From a bacterium (GTDB taxonomy: Bacteria; Bacteroidota; Ignavibacteria; UBA10030): 64,000 nt of DNA. Below the pieces are notes generated by a model that saw nothing but the letters and a program-made list of their open reading frames with translations, made no database searches and was not told where the DNA came from. Below, piece by piece: positions 51,301 to 60,238 of this stretch. The translations under genes were made by a program, and so were the position numbers. How positions within the stretch are numbered: the stretch's first letter is position 1; every line of letters starts with the position of its first letter. Location: the NCBI GenBank assembly GCA_043803945.1, contig JAZDJN010000033.1, positions 1 to 64,000 of the forward strand, read 5' to 3'.

Positions 51301-51979
51301 CGAGTTCACGAAGCGTCTGGGTTGTGCCCTCTGGCTGGATCGGAGTATTTTCATCGGTTAAAGCTGCGATTACATTAATATCCTTTGACAGCTTTCCTGC
51401 CAGTTGCATACGAAATCCTGAGTTCAGTGAAAAGTCCCTATTCGATCCGATGGTAAATCCTCGAAAAATTGATCCGCTCTTTTTAAAATCAGAGCCAAAA
51501 AAGTCATTCATAGAGAATGATGATCGCTGCGGTTCAATGATGTGGCGTACATTTTCGTTTGAATCGGGTAGTATGGCAACTTCTCTTAAAGAATAGGATC
51601 GCTTCAGTGGAAGATTGATAAAACGATAGGATATTATGAGCGTATGAGTGGCTGAATCGTCGGCAAGTTTTTTCAGTAAATCTTTCCTAAAGGTAATGGT
51701 CGTTGGTTTGGATGAAAGGAAGTAATCACGATCCGCATTCAGGCGAATCGTTGAATCGAGGAACACCTGCTCACTTCCTTGTATGATCGTCTCGTGAGGC
51801 AGTACAATACCACTATCCTTTTTCCCAATGTTGATCTTCATTCCGTGCTTGCCGGAGACAACAGCTGCTCCGCCAGTCGTTTGAGCAGCGAGGTCTAAGG
51901 CGGAAGTAAGAAAGAGTATAATGACAAGAAGAAGTCGCAAGGATGTTATTCCGGATACTGATATATTGAATAGAGACAA
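48389..51979 (-). CDS. Large exported/outer-membrane hypothetical protein
   Basis: 1196 aa, signal-like N-terminus, G..GPY.L…I.AGSE.V.ING..MQRG…DY.IDY motif, amphipathic beta strands, terminal Phe. Confidence 0.75.
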   Translation of the reverse strand: MSLFNISVSGITSLRLLLVIILFLTSALDLAAQTTGGAAVVSGKHGMKINIGKKDSGIVLPHETIIQGSEQVFLDSTIRLNADRDYFLSSKPTTITFRKDLLKKLADDSATHTLIISYRFINLPLKRSYSLREVAILPDSNENVRHIIEPQRSSFSMNDFFGSDFKKSGSIFRGFTIGSNRDFSLNSGFRMQLAGKLSKDINVIAALTDENTPIQPEGTTQTLRELDKVFIEFSAAQQKIVLGDFNYQVDQKSGGEFGRLQRKLQGAQGFINLSEPFGGGSSLTLSLVGATSRGSYSTNQFNGIDGNQGPYRLTSPTGNRTIIIIAGSERVYINGDLMQRGETQDYTIDYATAEVNFTPKRLVTSVSRITIDFEYSERQFTRNIAGASISASLFGERMIINNSILQEADDPDSPIEITLDDEMKKRLETSGSDRFAASLSGIRFVGVDSITHSPRGQYEMRDTLLNGRTRQYVWFAPGSNASLYSVTFTYVASIPPDSIGYIRKSVGHYEAAGPGRGNYLPIILLPVPELHRVVSGRIQALPLQELSIAADYAFSVNDRNRLSTLDDDQRRGGAYKFSLRYNPKKISIGSIDLGEIDFSLNQRHVEKKFITLDRMDEVEFVRKWDANQSEISNQDLREMNLKYVPTRSLRLEAGVGSLSTTEEFSSQRAIASLLYNDSLNRLVSYTIENTRSAFDGGVESNWLRQRAEIRGSILKLKPGLKIEMERREQSRKETSELELSSFGFREITPTLVLGENGPWNASIEYQFRAQDSVLGGHLQRAFDAITQRYALQLRDWNSLSQSITITARRTNFTQDFKDRGNANSSIILARLQTRFTPLQRAFDLDLYYEFGNQKSARLERAFIRVPKGTGNYRYRGDMNNNTLADENEYELVRFDGDYLVILLPAEQLIPVADLKTGIRFRVQPRRLLPEASTIFEKLCRSISTETVLRIDERSSESDSKNIYLLKFSHFQNTLTTLAGSRLFTQDIHLYENDPELSFRFRFNERTGLLQLVSGPEQSYLKEQSIRIRSQLVKEIGNQTEYVHKVDHLSGTSNSHRFRNLLSDNVVTEFSYRPEDEWEISFTTGIGQTTDTQGNSVTTASSNDQSLRLTYAIVSQGQLRGEVTREEVTLAQQGIRVESEYSYEFTNGRAIGKSILWQLSFDYRINSNVQLSLNYQGRSEGGRVPIHNARAEAKAFF

Positions 51980-52134
51980 TTCTGTATCCTTGGAGCTATA
52001 GCATCCTCCTTATGAGGAGATGGGTTGCTTGAGTAGTATGAGAAAGCGCTAATTGAAAATACAAAAGTTGATGCAGCGATGCAAGATTGGTGAGATGGGA
52101 AGATTGAAGATTATATCTTGTAGGGGATTACTTG

Positions 52135-52220
52135 TGCCGAAGGGGGGACTCGAACCCCCACTTGGGGTAAGCCAAACTGGATTTTGAGTCCAGCGCGTCT
52201 ACCAATTCCGCCACTTCGGC
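52135..52220 (-). tRNA. tRNA-Leu(CAA)
   Basis: GCCGAAG acceptor, anticodon arm CTGGA-CTCAAAA-TCCAG, long variable arm, GTTCGAGTC T-loop. Confidence 0.96.
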
Positions 52221-52339
52221 ATTACGAATATCAATTGATTTCAGGTGTTTCAAATGATTTCAATTGCGGCACCAAGATAATCAAGAAATGTAGTGAATGC
52301 AATAACCTGGAATATTTTACCGCGTCAGAGCAGTTATTA

Positions 52340-52783
52340 TCACAGATACTTTTTTATTTCCTGAATCACATCTACGTATTCCTGTTCCGAGAGAAGAATT
52401 TTATTTTCCGGCATCATATCAAACGTGCTTCCCCATTTGGGAGCAGTTTCGTATTTTGGCACGATATGAAAATGAACATGCGGCATTTTATCGCCATAAG
52501 CACCGTAATTTATTTTTTGTGGGGAAAAAGCCTTCTTCACTGCCGATGCAGCTTTTGCGACATCATTTATAAATTGATGTCTATCCTCATCAGACAGCTC
52601 GAAGATCTCATTCTTGTGTTCCTTCTTATAAACAACAATACAACGCCCTTTGTAGGTTTGTTCTTTGAATAAGTAAACGATCGAAGCGTCGAGCTCACAG
52701 ATTTCGATCATGAGGTCTGTCACGCGAGAATCTTTAGAACAATACATACACGGATCGGGAGTGTTCATACTTTTCTTTCTCAC
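52340..52783 (-). CDS. HIT family hydrolase
   Basis: CMYC, KINY..YG, HVHFHIVP histidine triad. Confidence 0.9.
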   Translation of the reverse strand: MRKKSMNTPDPCMYCSKDSRVTDLMIEICELDASIVYLFKEQTYKGRCIVVYKKEHKNEIFELSDEDRHQFINDVAKAASAVKKAFSPQKINYGAYGDKMPHVHFHIVPKYETAPKWGSTFDMMPENKILLSEQEYVDVIQEIKKYL

Positions 52784-53043
52784 ATTATTAGCAGATATTA
52801 ATCATTGACCATATATTTGTGCTGCTCATGCTTAGGTTCCTATGAGGACATCATTTTTTGTCGAGAGCGGGAGTATCATGACGATTCGAAATCCTCTGGA
52901 TTATTTGACACCGCTCCTTCACTTCATCCTTTACCTTGTTCGGGCTGAGGTGAAATAATCCATGGAAATTGTAGACAGATTTTTCATTGGAGTCAATAAT
53001 ATCCGATTCTTTACATCATTCAGCCAAATAAAGGAATCTTGCA

Positions 53044-53478
53044 ATGGATACCCAAAATTATGCGAACCATCGTCGATACGTTCCTATGTATCACGGAGTT
53101 CTCTTCTTCCTGCTCATCATTACATTTGTCGGTTCATTGGTCAACTTGTATTCATCCATCGGTGACCATCAAAGAATCTACAGCGCATCATTGATCACTG
53201 TCCTTACATTCTGTGGACTCATCCAGTTTTGGTATAGCAGGGCATTCGCTACAAAAGTTCAGGATCGGGCGATACGGGCGGAAGAAAACCTCCGTCACTT
53301 TGCTATGACAGGCAAATTGTTTGATCCAAAATTGAAGATGGGGCAAATCATCGCACTTCGGTTTGCTTCAGAGGAAGAATTTCTGTCTCTTGCCAAGCGA
53401 GCCATCGAAGAAAACCTCTCACGCGAAGATATCAAGAAGGCAATCAAAATATGGCGTGAGGATAATTATCGGGCATAG
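53044..53478 (+). CDS. DUF6526-like membrane protein
   Basis: QNYANH.R, two TM helices, QDRAIRAEENLR, LRFAS.EE, IK..I..WR.D..R. Confidence 0.75.
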   Translation: MDTQNYANHRRYVPMYHGVLFFLLIITFVGSLVNLYSSIGDHQRIYSASLITVLTFCGLIQFWYSRAFATKVQDRAIRAEENLRHFAMTGKLFDPKLKMGQIIALRFASEEEFLSLAKRAIEENLSREDIKKAIKIWREDNYRA

Positions 53479-53672
53479 CGCGGAAGGATAAATGCTCTTG
53501 AACAAGGGCTCTGCTTTGAGTTCCAAAGAAAGTGTCCGTTTAACATAAGCAGTCTCGCCAGGACGTCACGGCATACCCTTAGTCAAAGATCATTCTGAAA
53601 ATCTTTACCACAGTGAAGGTTTCCATATCTGACTACCATCCGTCAGAATAAATGGATCAGCGAACTGATGTT

Positions 53673-53846
53673 TCAAATACTGCTCTTTATTCTTTTTAAC
53701 CTATCAATTTCAGAACGCCTTCTGTGTAATTGTTCATCATTTTTTCCATCGTACTTTTCAGTAATCATCTTTATATCTGCCATTAGTTTGATGAAATTCT
53801 GCATTTGGGATTTCTCTTCCGGCTCGTGCTTCTTTTGCTTCTCCAT
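53673..53846 (-). CDS. Small charged hypothetical protein (57 aa)
   Basis: Hand translation MEKQKKHEPEEKSQMQNFIKLMADIKMITEKYDGKNDEQLHRRRSEIDRLKRIKSSI; GAGGTG SD 4 nt upstream; below ORF-track cutoff. Confidence 0.5.
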   Translation of the reverse strand: MEKQKKHEPEEKSQMQNFIKLMADIKMITEKYDGKNDEQLHRRRSEIDRLKRIKSSI

Positions 53847-53856
53847 GATTCACCTC

Positions 53857-53980
53857 AAATAAAAACCCCAAGTGCCCGGTAGAGGCTTCGCTAAAAGCCT
53901 TTTGTGACACTCAGGGCAGTGAAAAATCCTCATCAAAGAGGAGTAAATCCCATTTGTTGGATTGGCGATTTCCTACCGAG
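53857..53980 (-). promoter_or_regulatory. Structured RNA leader with alternative terminator/antiterminator pairings
   Basis: CCCTGAGTGTC/GGCACTTGGGG stem + U-tract; inner AGGCTT-TTAGCG-AAGCCT; upstream CTCGGTAG…TCGCCAA complementary to TTAGCGA…CTACCGGG. Confidence 0.65.
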
Positions 53981-54000
53981 TGAATTAATAGAATCTTTCT

Positions 54001-54303
54001 TTAAACCCACCTCTGTCTTTTCATTTTCTCCCAATTGGGTACATAAGCATTCATTAAGCTCTTGAATAGCTTTCCATGATTGGGGACATGTACGTGAATG
54101 AGTTCGTGGACGATAACATAATCCTGGAATTGCCGCCGTTTATGTATCAAATCCTTGGCGAAGCTCACTCTGCCAGCCGTCGAACAGGATGCCCATTTGT
54201 TTTTCATCCTTCGAAGCTGAATGAGTTTGGGTTTAACACCAATCGTATTCGACCAGTGATTCACCCGTTCCCGGAATTTCTGTTCTTTTGTTTTTCTGTT
54301 CAT
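54001..54303 (-). CDS. Short YgjP/DUF45-like metal-dependent hydrolase associated with type I RM
   Basis: MKNKWASC, DYVIVHELIH…NH..F; overlaps hsdR stop. Confidence 0.85.
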   Translation of the reverse strand: MNRKTKEQKFRERVNHWSNTIGVKPKLIQLRRMKNKWASCSTAGRVSFAKDLIHKRRQFQDYVIVHELIHVHVPNHGKLFKSLMNAYVPNWEKMKRQRWV

Positions 54304-57185
54304 TGCTGGACTATCAATTTGAAAATCTTCTCCATCGCTTCCTTTATTTTTTCCTTCCCAAGGGGCTTTAACAGTAGGGTATACAATTCCAATTTCAAAT
54401 CCCTTCTCTCATTTCCGTTCACCATCCAGTTGGGATACTTGTCATAGAGCGCGGACACCTTTTTGGAAAGCTCATCAACGCCAAAGGTCGAGTATGTTTT
54501 GAGAACCCAGTAGATGGAGAAAGTGCGAGTATCAAGTTTCTTCTCGGTCTGCTCTTTCTTAGCAATATTCACCTGCTTCACAAGTTCTTCGAGCTGCTTA
54601 AGTGCTTCGATGGTATCAACCTGACGATTATCATATAGCTCGTTGATGGCTTCCACCCGTTCTCCAATTCCAAAGAGGAAAGGGTTCTGGTTTTGATTAT
54701 CGTCAACAAATACCCGGATGCTTCTGGTGAGATTGACTACCTTGGACTTGTCAGACTTGGGGTCTTTTTTGAGGGCTTCGAGAGTCTGTTCATTGATTGC
54801 ATAGATGGGTAATGGTTCTGCAAGCTGACTCACTTTGACGTACTCCTTCACCAGCGAGGCGGTTTTCCGCATCAACTCTTTGTCAGCATGAACTCTCGGC
54901 ATGAAGGCTGATAGAACGGTCTGGTAGAGATGTGATAGTTGGATGTAGTCAGAGATGTAATCTCTCAAAAACTTATCGGGGGATATAATTTCATAGAGGC
55001 TCTCCAACTGTTTGAAGAACTTGAAGAAAGCCTCTCGCTTTTCCTTATCAGTGAAGTATTCAATCGCATACTCGACCAGCTTGTCCCCAGTCTTCCCTTT
55101 CAACAGGTTGAGATATTCTACGGCTTGCTCCTTCATCTGTTTGGCAAATAGATTCTTGAGGACATCGATGTTTTTGATGACGCTCGTTACGTCCGCTGAA
55201 TCGAAGGCAAGTGCCTTCTCCATATTGTCGAAGATGCCGACAAAATCTAATACGAATCCTGATGGCTTCTTCAGTCCCTCCTCATCTTCATAGGGGCGAT
55301 TCACTCTTGCTATCGCCTGGAGCAAGGTGTGGTCTTTCATTGGTTTGTCGAGATACATGCAGTACAAAATCGGTGCATCGTACCCGGTCAACAGCTTCTC
55401 TGTGACAATCAGAATCTTCGCAAGGCTATCTTTCTTGCGGAAGACTTTCTTGGTCTCTTTTTCCTCAGCCTCTTCGAGATAATACTCCTTGAGTTCTGGT
55501 CTGTCGTTGTGGGCCGGGGAATAGACGACAGTTGAATACTCTGGTGGTAGGTGCTTATCCAAAGCCTTCTTGTAGAGAGCGCAGGCTTCCCTATCTACCC
55601 CAACAAGAAATGCCTTGTATCCCATCGGCATCACATTCTCCAAGTAATGATGAGCTACAAACTGGGCAACCTTTTCAACTCTGTCAGTTGCTTTGAGAAA
55701 ATTCTTGGTGTTTACTGCCCTGTCAAGAATCTTATTGAGTTCCTCAATGTCGCTTACCCCCTCTTTCTCCATCATTGCATAGAACTCTTTCTCAAGTGTC
55801 TCTCTTGGAACCAGCATCTCATTTGGAGCAAGTGTGTAGTGGAGAGGAAGTGTCGTACCATCCTCAATTGATTCTGCAATGCTGTATTTATCGAGATAGC
55901 CCCGGTCATCTTCTCTCCCAAATACTTTAAAGGTTCCTTTCCCATAGAGAATTTTGTCTATTGGAGTACCTGTGAAACCGAAGTATGTGGCATTAGGAAG
56001 TGCCGCCATTAGATAATTGCCCAAATCTCCTGACGTGGTTCGGTGAGCTTCATCCACCAGCACAAATACGTTTTCCCTGGTGTTAATGTCCTTGGGAATC
56101 CCCTCAAACTTGTGAATCATCGAGACAATAAGACCACGGTAGTCACTACTGAGAAGCTCCTGAAGGTGAGCTTTGCTCTCAGCTATCTTGTAACTTTCAA
56201 AGCCATAAGCTTCAAGATTCAAGAATAGCTGGCTCTCAAGTTCATTCCTATCGACAAGCATTATGATGGTGGGTTTCTCAAACTCAGGCTGTTTGATGAG
56301 TCTCTCGGCGGAGACAATCATCGTGAACGTCTTGCCTGAGCCTTGCGTGTGCCAAATCAGTCCGGTTTTCCTTTTCTGTTCTATGGAACGCGCAACAACT
56401 TTTTCGACTGCTCTTGACTGATGCTGGCGAAGAACTATCTTCTCAAGCTCATCCTCTCGTTTGAAGAACACGATATAATCGTGAAGCACTCTGAGGATAC
56501 GTTCTCGGTCAAAGAACCGCTTGACCTTCTTCTCGAAGTTCCCTTTCTCAACCTCTTTCCAATTGAAGAGATTTTTTCTGCTCAGGTTCCAGGTAACACC
56601 ATAGAAGAAATCAATCAGGTGAGTAGCATCGAAAAGCTGATTGGTTGTTACAAGCTCGGGAGTTTCGGTGTGGTATCTTCGAAGCTGGTCAACGGCTTTG
56701 GGGATCGCCTCCTTCTCCTCAGGTTTTTTATTCTCTCCAATTACGATTGGGATACCATTGATAAGGAAAATTATATCTGCTCGGTTGGTGAATTTACCAT
56801 TGGTGTACGACCATTCCTCTGTGACCTGGAAGATATTGTTCTCAAGGTTATCAAAGTCAATCAGTCGAACATTTCTTTCTCGTTTTTCTACAGAGACGTA
56901 GACTGACTTCTTGCCACGGAGCCAATCAAGGGCTTCTTTGTTGCCTTCAATAGTGTTGCGGATGTTCTGAAGCCTCTTGACAACTTCGTCCTCATTCTCT
57001 GACGTGATGACTTTGGGATTCAGCTTGAGAAGCATGTCCCTTAAGACTGCATAGAAAAAAAGCCCTGTTTCCCCTTCACGCAGGGATAGCGCTTCGTCTT
57101 GAGTAACAACCTGCCAGCCAATCTCAGAGGCGTACTTCAAGAGAGGTCTGTGGACTGTACTATTTTCACTGAGTGGATTTTGCAA
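54300..57185 (-). CDS. hsdR: Type I restriction enzyme R subunit
   Basis: RADI…NGIP…ENK nuclease motif, HTQGSGKT, DEAH, FTGTP, LLTGYD, QAIARVNR; TTG start. Confidence 0.96.
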   Translation of the reverse strand: MQNPLSENSTVHRPLLKYASEIGWQVVTQDEALSLREGETGLFFYAVLRDMLLKLNPKVITSENEDEVVKRLQNIRNTIEGNKEALDWLRGKKSVYVSVEKRERNVRLIDFDNLENNIFQVTEEWSYTNGKFTNRADIIFLINGIPIVIGENKKPEEKEAIPKAVDQLRRYHTETPELVTTNQLFDATHLIDFFYGVTWNLSRKNLFNWKEVEKGNFEKKVKRFFDRERILRVLHDYIVFFKREDELEKIVLRQHQSRAVEKVVARSIEQKRKTGLIWHTQGSGKTFTMIVSAERLIKQPEFEKPTIIMLVDRNELESQLFLNLEAYGFESYKIAESKAHLQELLSSDYRGLIVSMIHKFEGIPKDINTRENVFVLVDEAHRTTSGDLGNYLMAALPNATYFGFTGTPIDKILYGKGTFKVFGREDDRGYLDKYSIAESIEDGTTLPLHYTLAPNEMLVPRETLEKEFYAMMEKEGVSDIEELNKILDRAVNTKNFLKATDRVEKVAQFVAHHYLENVMPMGYKAFLVGVDREACALYKKALDKHLPPEYSTVVYSPAHNDRPELKEYYLEEAEEKETKKVFRKKDSLAKILIVTEKLLTGYDAPILYCMYLDKPMKDHTLLQAIARVNRPYEDEEGLKKPSGFVLDFVGIFDNMEKALAFDSADVTSVIKNIDVLKNLFAKQMKEQAVEYLNLLKGKTGDKLVEYAIEYFTDKEKREAFFKFFKQLESLYEIISPDKFLRDYISDYIQLSHLYQTVLSAFMPRVHADKELMRKTASLVKEYVKVSQLAEPLPIYAINEQTLEALKKDPKSDKSKVVNLTRSIRVFVDDNQNQNPFLFGIGERVEAINELYDNRQVDTIEALKQLEELVKQVNIAKKEQTEKKLDTRTFSIYWVLKTYSTFGVDELSKKVSALYDKYPNWMVNGNERRDLKLELYTLLLKPLGKEKIKEAMEKIFKLIVQQ

Positions 57186-57356
57186 TTTCCAAAATGTTGA
57201 TTGTTATACAAAGGCTAACATCTCTCAAAACCTATCTCTTTAGGTTTTCTATGTCGCATACCTCATAAGAGGAACTTAGAAAACCGCATTTATCAACAAA
57301 TTATCGACGTTTTATAAGTCTCTTTTTGCCTTATTCAATTAAAGGACTTATAAAAA

Positions 57357-58970
57357 TTATACTAATTCCCAATGTCCAGACTTACGAGTACCAATATGTC
57401 GAATTTTATTGCCCTTCCTCAGGAGCTTTAAAAGTCGAGCAATCTGATTGCGATTGAGAGTTGGGAACAATTGTCCAAAATCTGAATATATACCTTTCCC
57501 GTGTTCCTTCAAGTGCTTCAAGATGAGGGCTTTCTTTTCTTCAGAGTCTAAGCCAATACTCCTTGTGTATACCCCACGCTCACCGACAAACGTATAGAAC
57601 TTCTTCGAGAGAATATATCGTGTTCCTCTTCCGCGTCCTACAATTTCGATAACGCCTTCATTTTTTAATCTCTCAATATCAGGGTGGGCATCAGGTGATA
57701 TTGATTTGTTTCTTCTTATGTCATCCAACAAAACCAAGTCTCTCAAGCTCCAATTGATTTTCCGCTCTGTGCTAACCTGTTCAAAGAATTGTAAAAATTG
57801 TGGGTCTTGTACTTCTGCACGAAGCCATAGAACGACATTGAACTCGTCCGAACGCGAATAATCCGGTCGCTCCTTTGCTTCTTCAATTGTACGGCGAAAC
57901 ATCTTATCGACGCCTTGCCCTGACCGTTCGACTAATCCGCATTTTTGAAATACTTCGGCAATTCTTCTATTGCGTGGATTTTGTTTAGTAAGAATATTCT
58001 CAGCAGTAACCCCTGCGGGAAACCCACCCGGATTTTCTATAACCAATAACTTTGGAGAATGACGAATGAAGACCGAGCTGCCTAACCGATAATCACGATG
58101 ACAAACAGCATTTAAAAGGGATTCACGAACCACTTCTTCATTGAAGTTCTGAATATCACGCACAAAGAGTCCGTCTTGAATATGCTGGACACCGTTCCTT
58201 TTATTAATTGTCTCCCACAGCTTATCCTGAATAGCCAGAAAACCGTTCCGAAACTCTTCGCGAGCATCGTGCTGAATTGCAGATTCCTCCAAGCGAAACT
58301 CATAAACGATTTCTGCGTTTGCCAATAATCTTCCCAGCGATTCTCGTTTCCCCAAAAGTATCAGAGCTGCATAGTTGAATCTATTTCCATCAAACAATTC
58401 GGCATCAATTAGAAGCCGCTCTATAGAAAGATTCAATAGCTCATCATTGCGAGACTTTTTGTGCCATTGTTTGCGAAAGGTCTCAATCGCAATAGGGTCG
58501 AGGTCGTCAAGTGTAGCCCCAACACATTGTTCCGCAGAGAAATCTGGTTGAGATTCTGCAAAGATAGTTTCTAATTGTTCAGGTGTCATTGGCTCCAACC
58601 GGTCAACAACACGCATCATGTACTTTCCTTTGCGATGGAGAGGTCTACCCATCGGACGTGATGGTATGGAAAAAACAACGACACGCTTCCCTTCATAGAA
58701 TAACTCGTCAATATCTAAACGGATTTTCAATGCAATATAGATGTCGGTTTTTAACTTCTGTAAATTTTTGAATGCTGTGGAGCCAACAACTTTTCGCGGA
58801 AGCCGATTTGTTACACCGAGCACAAGCCAACCACCGCGCTCATTCGCAAATGCAACGCAATACTCAAGCAATTCTTCGTAGTCGAACTGATTCTTTGCTT
58901 CTTTAAATTCCACATGCTCATTTTCTCTGGCAGAGAGCAGATCTTCAAATTGTTCTTTTGAGAATGACAT
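57357..58970 (-). CDS. AlbA_2(Schlafen)-HATPase_c-like-wHTH protein
   Basis: ENEHVEFKEA, AFANERGG.LVLGV; RESLLNAVCHRDY, NPGG, RN..IA..F…GLVERSGQG; C-terminal HTH/wing motifs. Confidence 0.88.
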   Translation of the reverse strand: MSFSKEQFEDLLSARENEHVEFKEAKNQFDYEELLEYCVAFANERGGWLVLGVTNRLPRKVVGSTAFKNLQKLKTDIYIALKIRLDIDELFYEGKRVVVFSIPSRPMGRPLHRKGKYMMRVVDRLEPMTPEQLETIFAESQPDFSAEQCVGATLDDLDPIAIETFRKQWHKKSRNDELLNLSIERLLIDAELFDGNRFNYAALILLGKRESLGRLLANAEIVYEFRLEESAIQHDAREEFRNGFLAIQDKLWETINKRNGVQHIQDGLFVRDIQNFNEEVVRESLLNAVCHRDYRLGSSVFIRHSPKLLVIENPGGFPAGVTAENILTKQNPRNRRIAEVFQKCGLVERSGQGVDKMFRRTIEEAKERPDYSRSDEFNVVLWLRAEVQDPQFLQFFEQVSTERKINWSLRDLVLLDDIRRNKSISPDAHPDIERLKNEGVIEIVGRGRGTRYILSKKFYTFVGERGVYTRSIGLDSEEKKALILKHLKEHGKGIYSDFGQLFPTLNRNQIARLLKLLRKGNKIRHIGTRKSGHWELV

Positions 58971-60238
58971 TATTCCATATTTCCTTGAAACTCGATATTG
59001 TTGACTCTCATTTGACCGGTCATGAGCTGATGAAGCATTGATTTGAAAAGACTCCGCAACTGGAGTGTTTTGCTTTCTGCATTCTTTATCTTAGTATCGA
59101 GCAAACAAAGTACTCCGCTAAGATCTCTCTGTTCATCAATGGGTGGTAGTGGGATTCGGATGCGTTCAATTTGCTTTGAGCTAATATTCGGCTGTTGTGA
59201 ACCGCCAGCACCATCACTTATAGCAGCAGTGAACCTCCTATCTAATACCAATTGAAATAGGAACTCAATCTCAACTTCACTTTTAACCTGAAATCTCCCC
59301 ACTCGTTGATTTAGAAAAGCGGGGCAATCTGATTCGGTGAGTCGTGCTACTTTAATTCCACCGCTTACTATGGGTCGTGTCATCGCCAAAACAAGGTCAC
59401 CGGGATTAAGACAGTATTCCGCATGTTCATTGAGGTATTCCAAAGGAAGGAATGAGACATCATCCCATAAACACTTCCCAAATGAAACATTGGCAATCTT
59501 AAAAAGCCTTACTCCGGATTTGGAATAGTCAGCACTCTTGAAAGCATATCCTCCCTGAAATGTCGCTACATCACCGACGCTGGTCACTTTCCAACTCTTC
59601 GGTATCAGCCCAATCTCTGTCTCCTTCAGTTCTTCACCGTACAGTCCTTCCATGAACAGCTTTGCCATCAAAGCACTCTTAAGTTCTTTTGTGCTCTCGA
59701 TTATCTTTTCCTGCACTTCAATGGCTTGCTGAATCTTTGAGAGGATGGCGGCAATCTTCTTCTGTTCGGGGAGAGGAGGAAGTGGAATACGAATATCCTG
59801 TACCTTGAAAGATGACACATGCTTAACAGTGGTGTACCCAGTAGCATCTTCTATCTGTTTCAGAGGTCTTTTTAAGGCTTGATATATGTAGAATGGTTCA
59901 ACTCCAGAATCCAAGTCTATCAGCCTACAAACTCGCTGATTTAAGACCGCTTTACCACCTTTCCACCAGCAAGGCTGGAAGTCACCGTCCATCCCTATTA
60001 GGACATCGCCATCGTTTACTAAGTAACGTTCGTCAAAACTTCCGCGATAATATATATCACAACTCTGAACTTTGAGACTTCTTACTCTAATCAATGGGAT
60101 ACCATCAGATTCGTTGAAGCCCGCAGATTCGAAAGGATATCCGTTTTGAACTTTGCAGTAGTTACCTAAACGAGCAACATCCCACTCTACCGGTATGTGT
60201 CCAATCTCAGTCTCTTTGTATCCGTCACCCTTCATCAT
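58970..60238 (-). CDS. hsdS: Type I restriction-modification specificity subunit
   Basis: Two TRDs bounded by KETEIG.IP..W and IPLPP..EQ conserved regions; SMLHQLMTG end. Confidence 0.95.
   Translation of the reverse strand: MMKGDGYKETEIGHIPVEWDVARLGNYCKVQNGYPFESAGFNESDGIPLIRVRSLKVQSCDIYYRGSFDERYLVNDGDVLIGMDGDFQPCWWKGGKAVLNQRVCRLIDLDSGVEPFYIYQALKRPLKQIEDATGYTTVKHVSSFKVQDIRIPLPPLPEQKKIAAILSKIQQAIEVQEKIIESTKELKSALMAKLFMEGLYGEELKETEIGLIPKSWKVTSVGDVATFQGGYAFKSADYSKSGVRLFKIANVSFGKCLWDDVSFLPLEYLNEHAEYCLNPGDLVLAMTRPIVSGGIKVARLTESDCPAFLNQRVGRFQVKSEVEIEFLFQLVLDRRFTAAISDGAGGSQQPNISSKQIERIRIPLPPIDEQRDLSGVLCLLDTKIKNAESKTLQLRSLFKSMLHQLMTGQMRVNNIEFQGNME

Noticed and set aside
52135-52220. tRNA-Leu as integration site of the RM island
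   Set aside because: Its 3' end points away from the island, ordinary genes intervene, and no duplicated tRNA end or integrase is visible.
52184-52672. 162-aa plus-strand ORF starting inside tRNA-Leu
   Set aside because: Overlaps the tRNA and the HIT gene on the opposite strand; spurious.
53668-53862. 64-aa hydrophobic plus-strand ORF as a type I toxin
   Set aside because: It is the antisense of the charged 57-aa ORF that has the clear SD; its hydrophobicity is expected from that complement.
58970-60238. Phase-variable (shufflon-type) hsdS
   Set aside because: Single hsdS, no recombinase, silent TRDs or evident simple-sequence tract.
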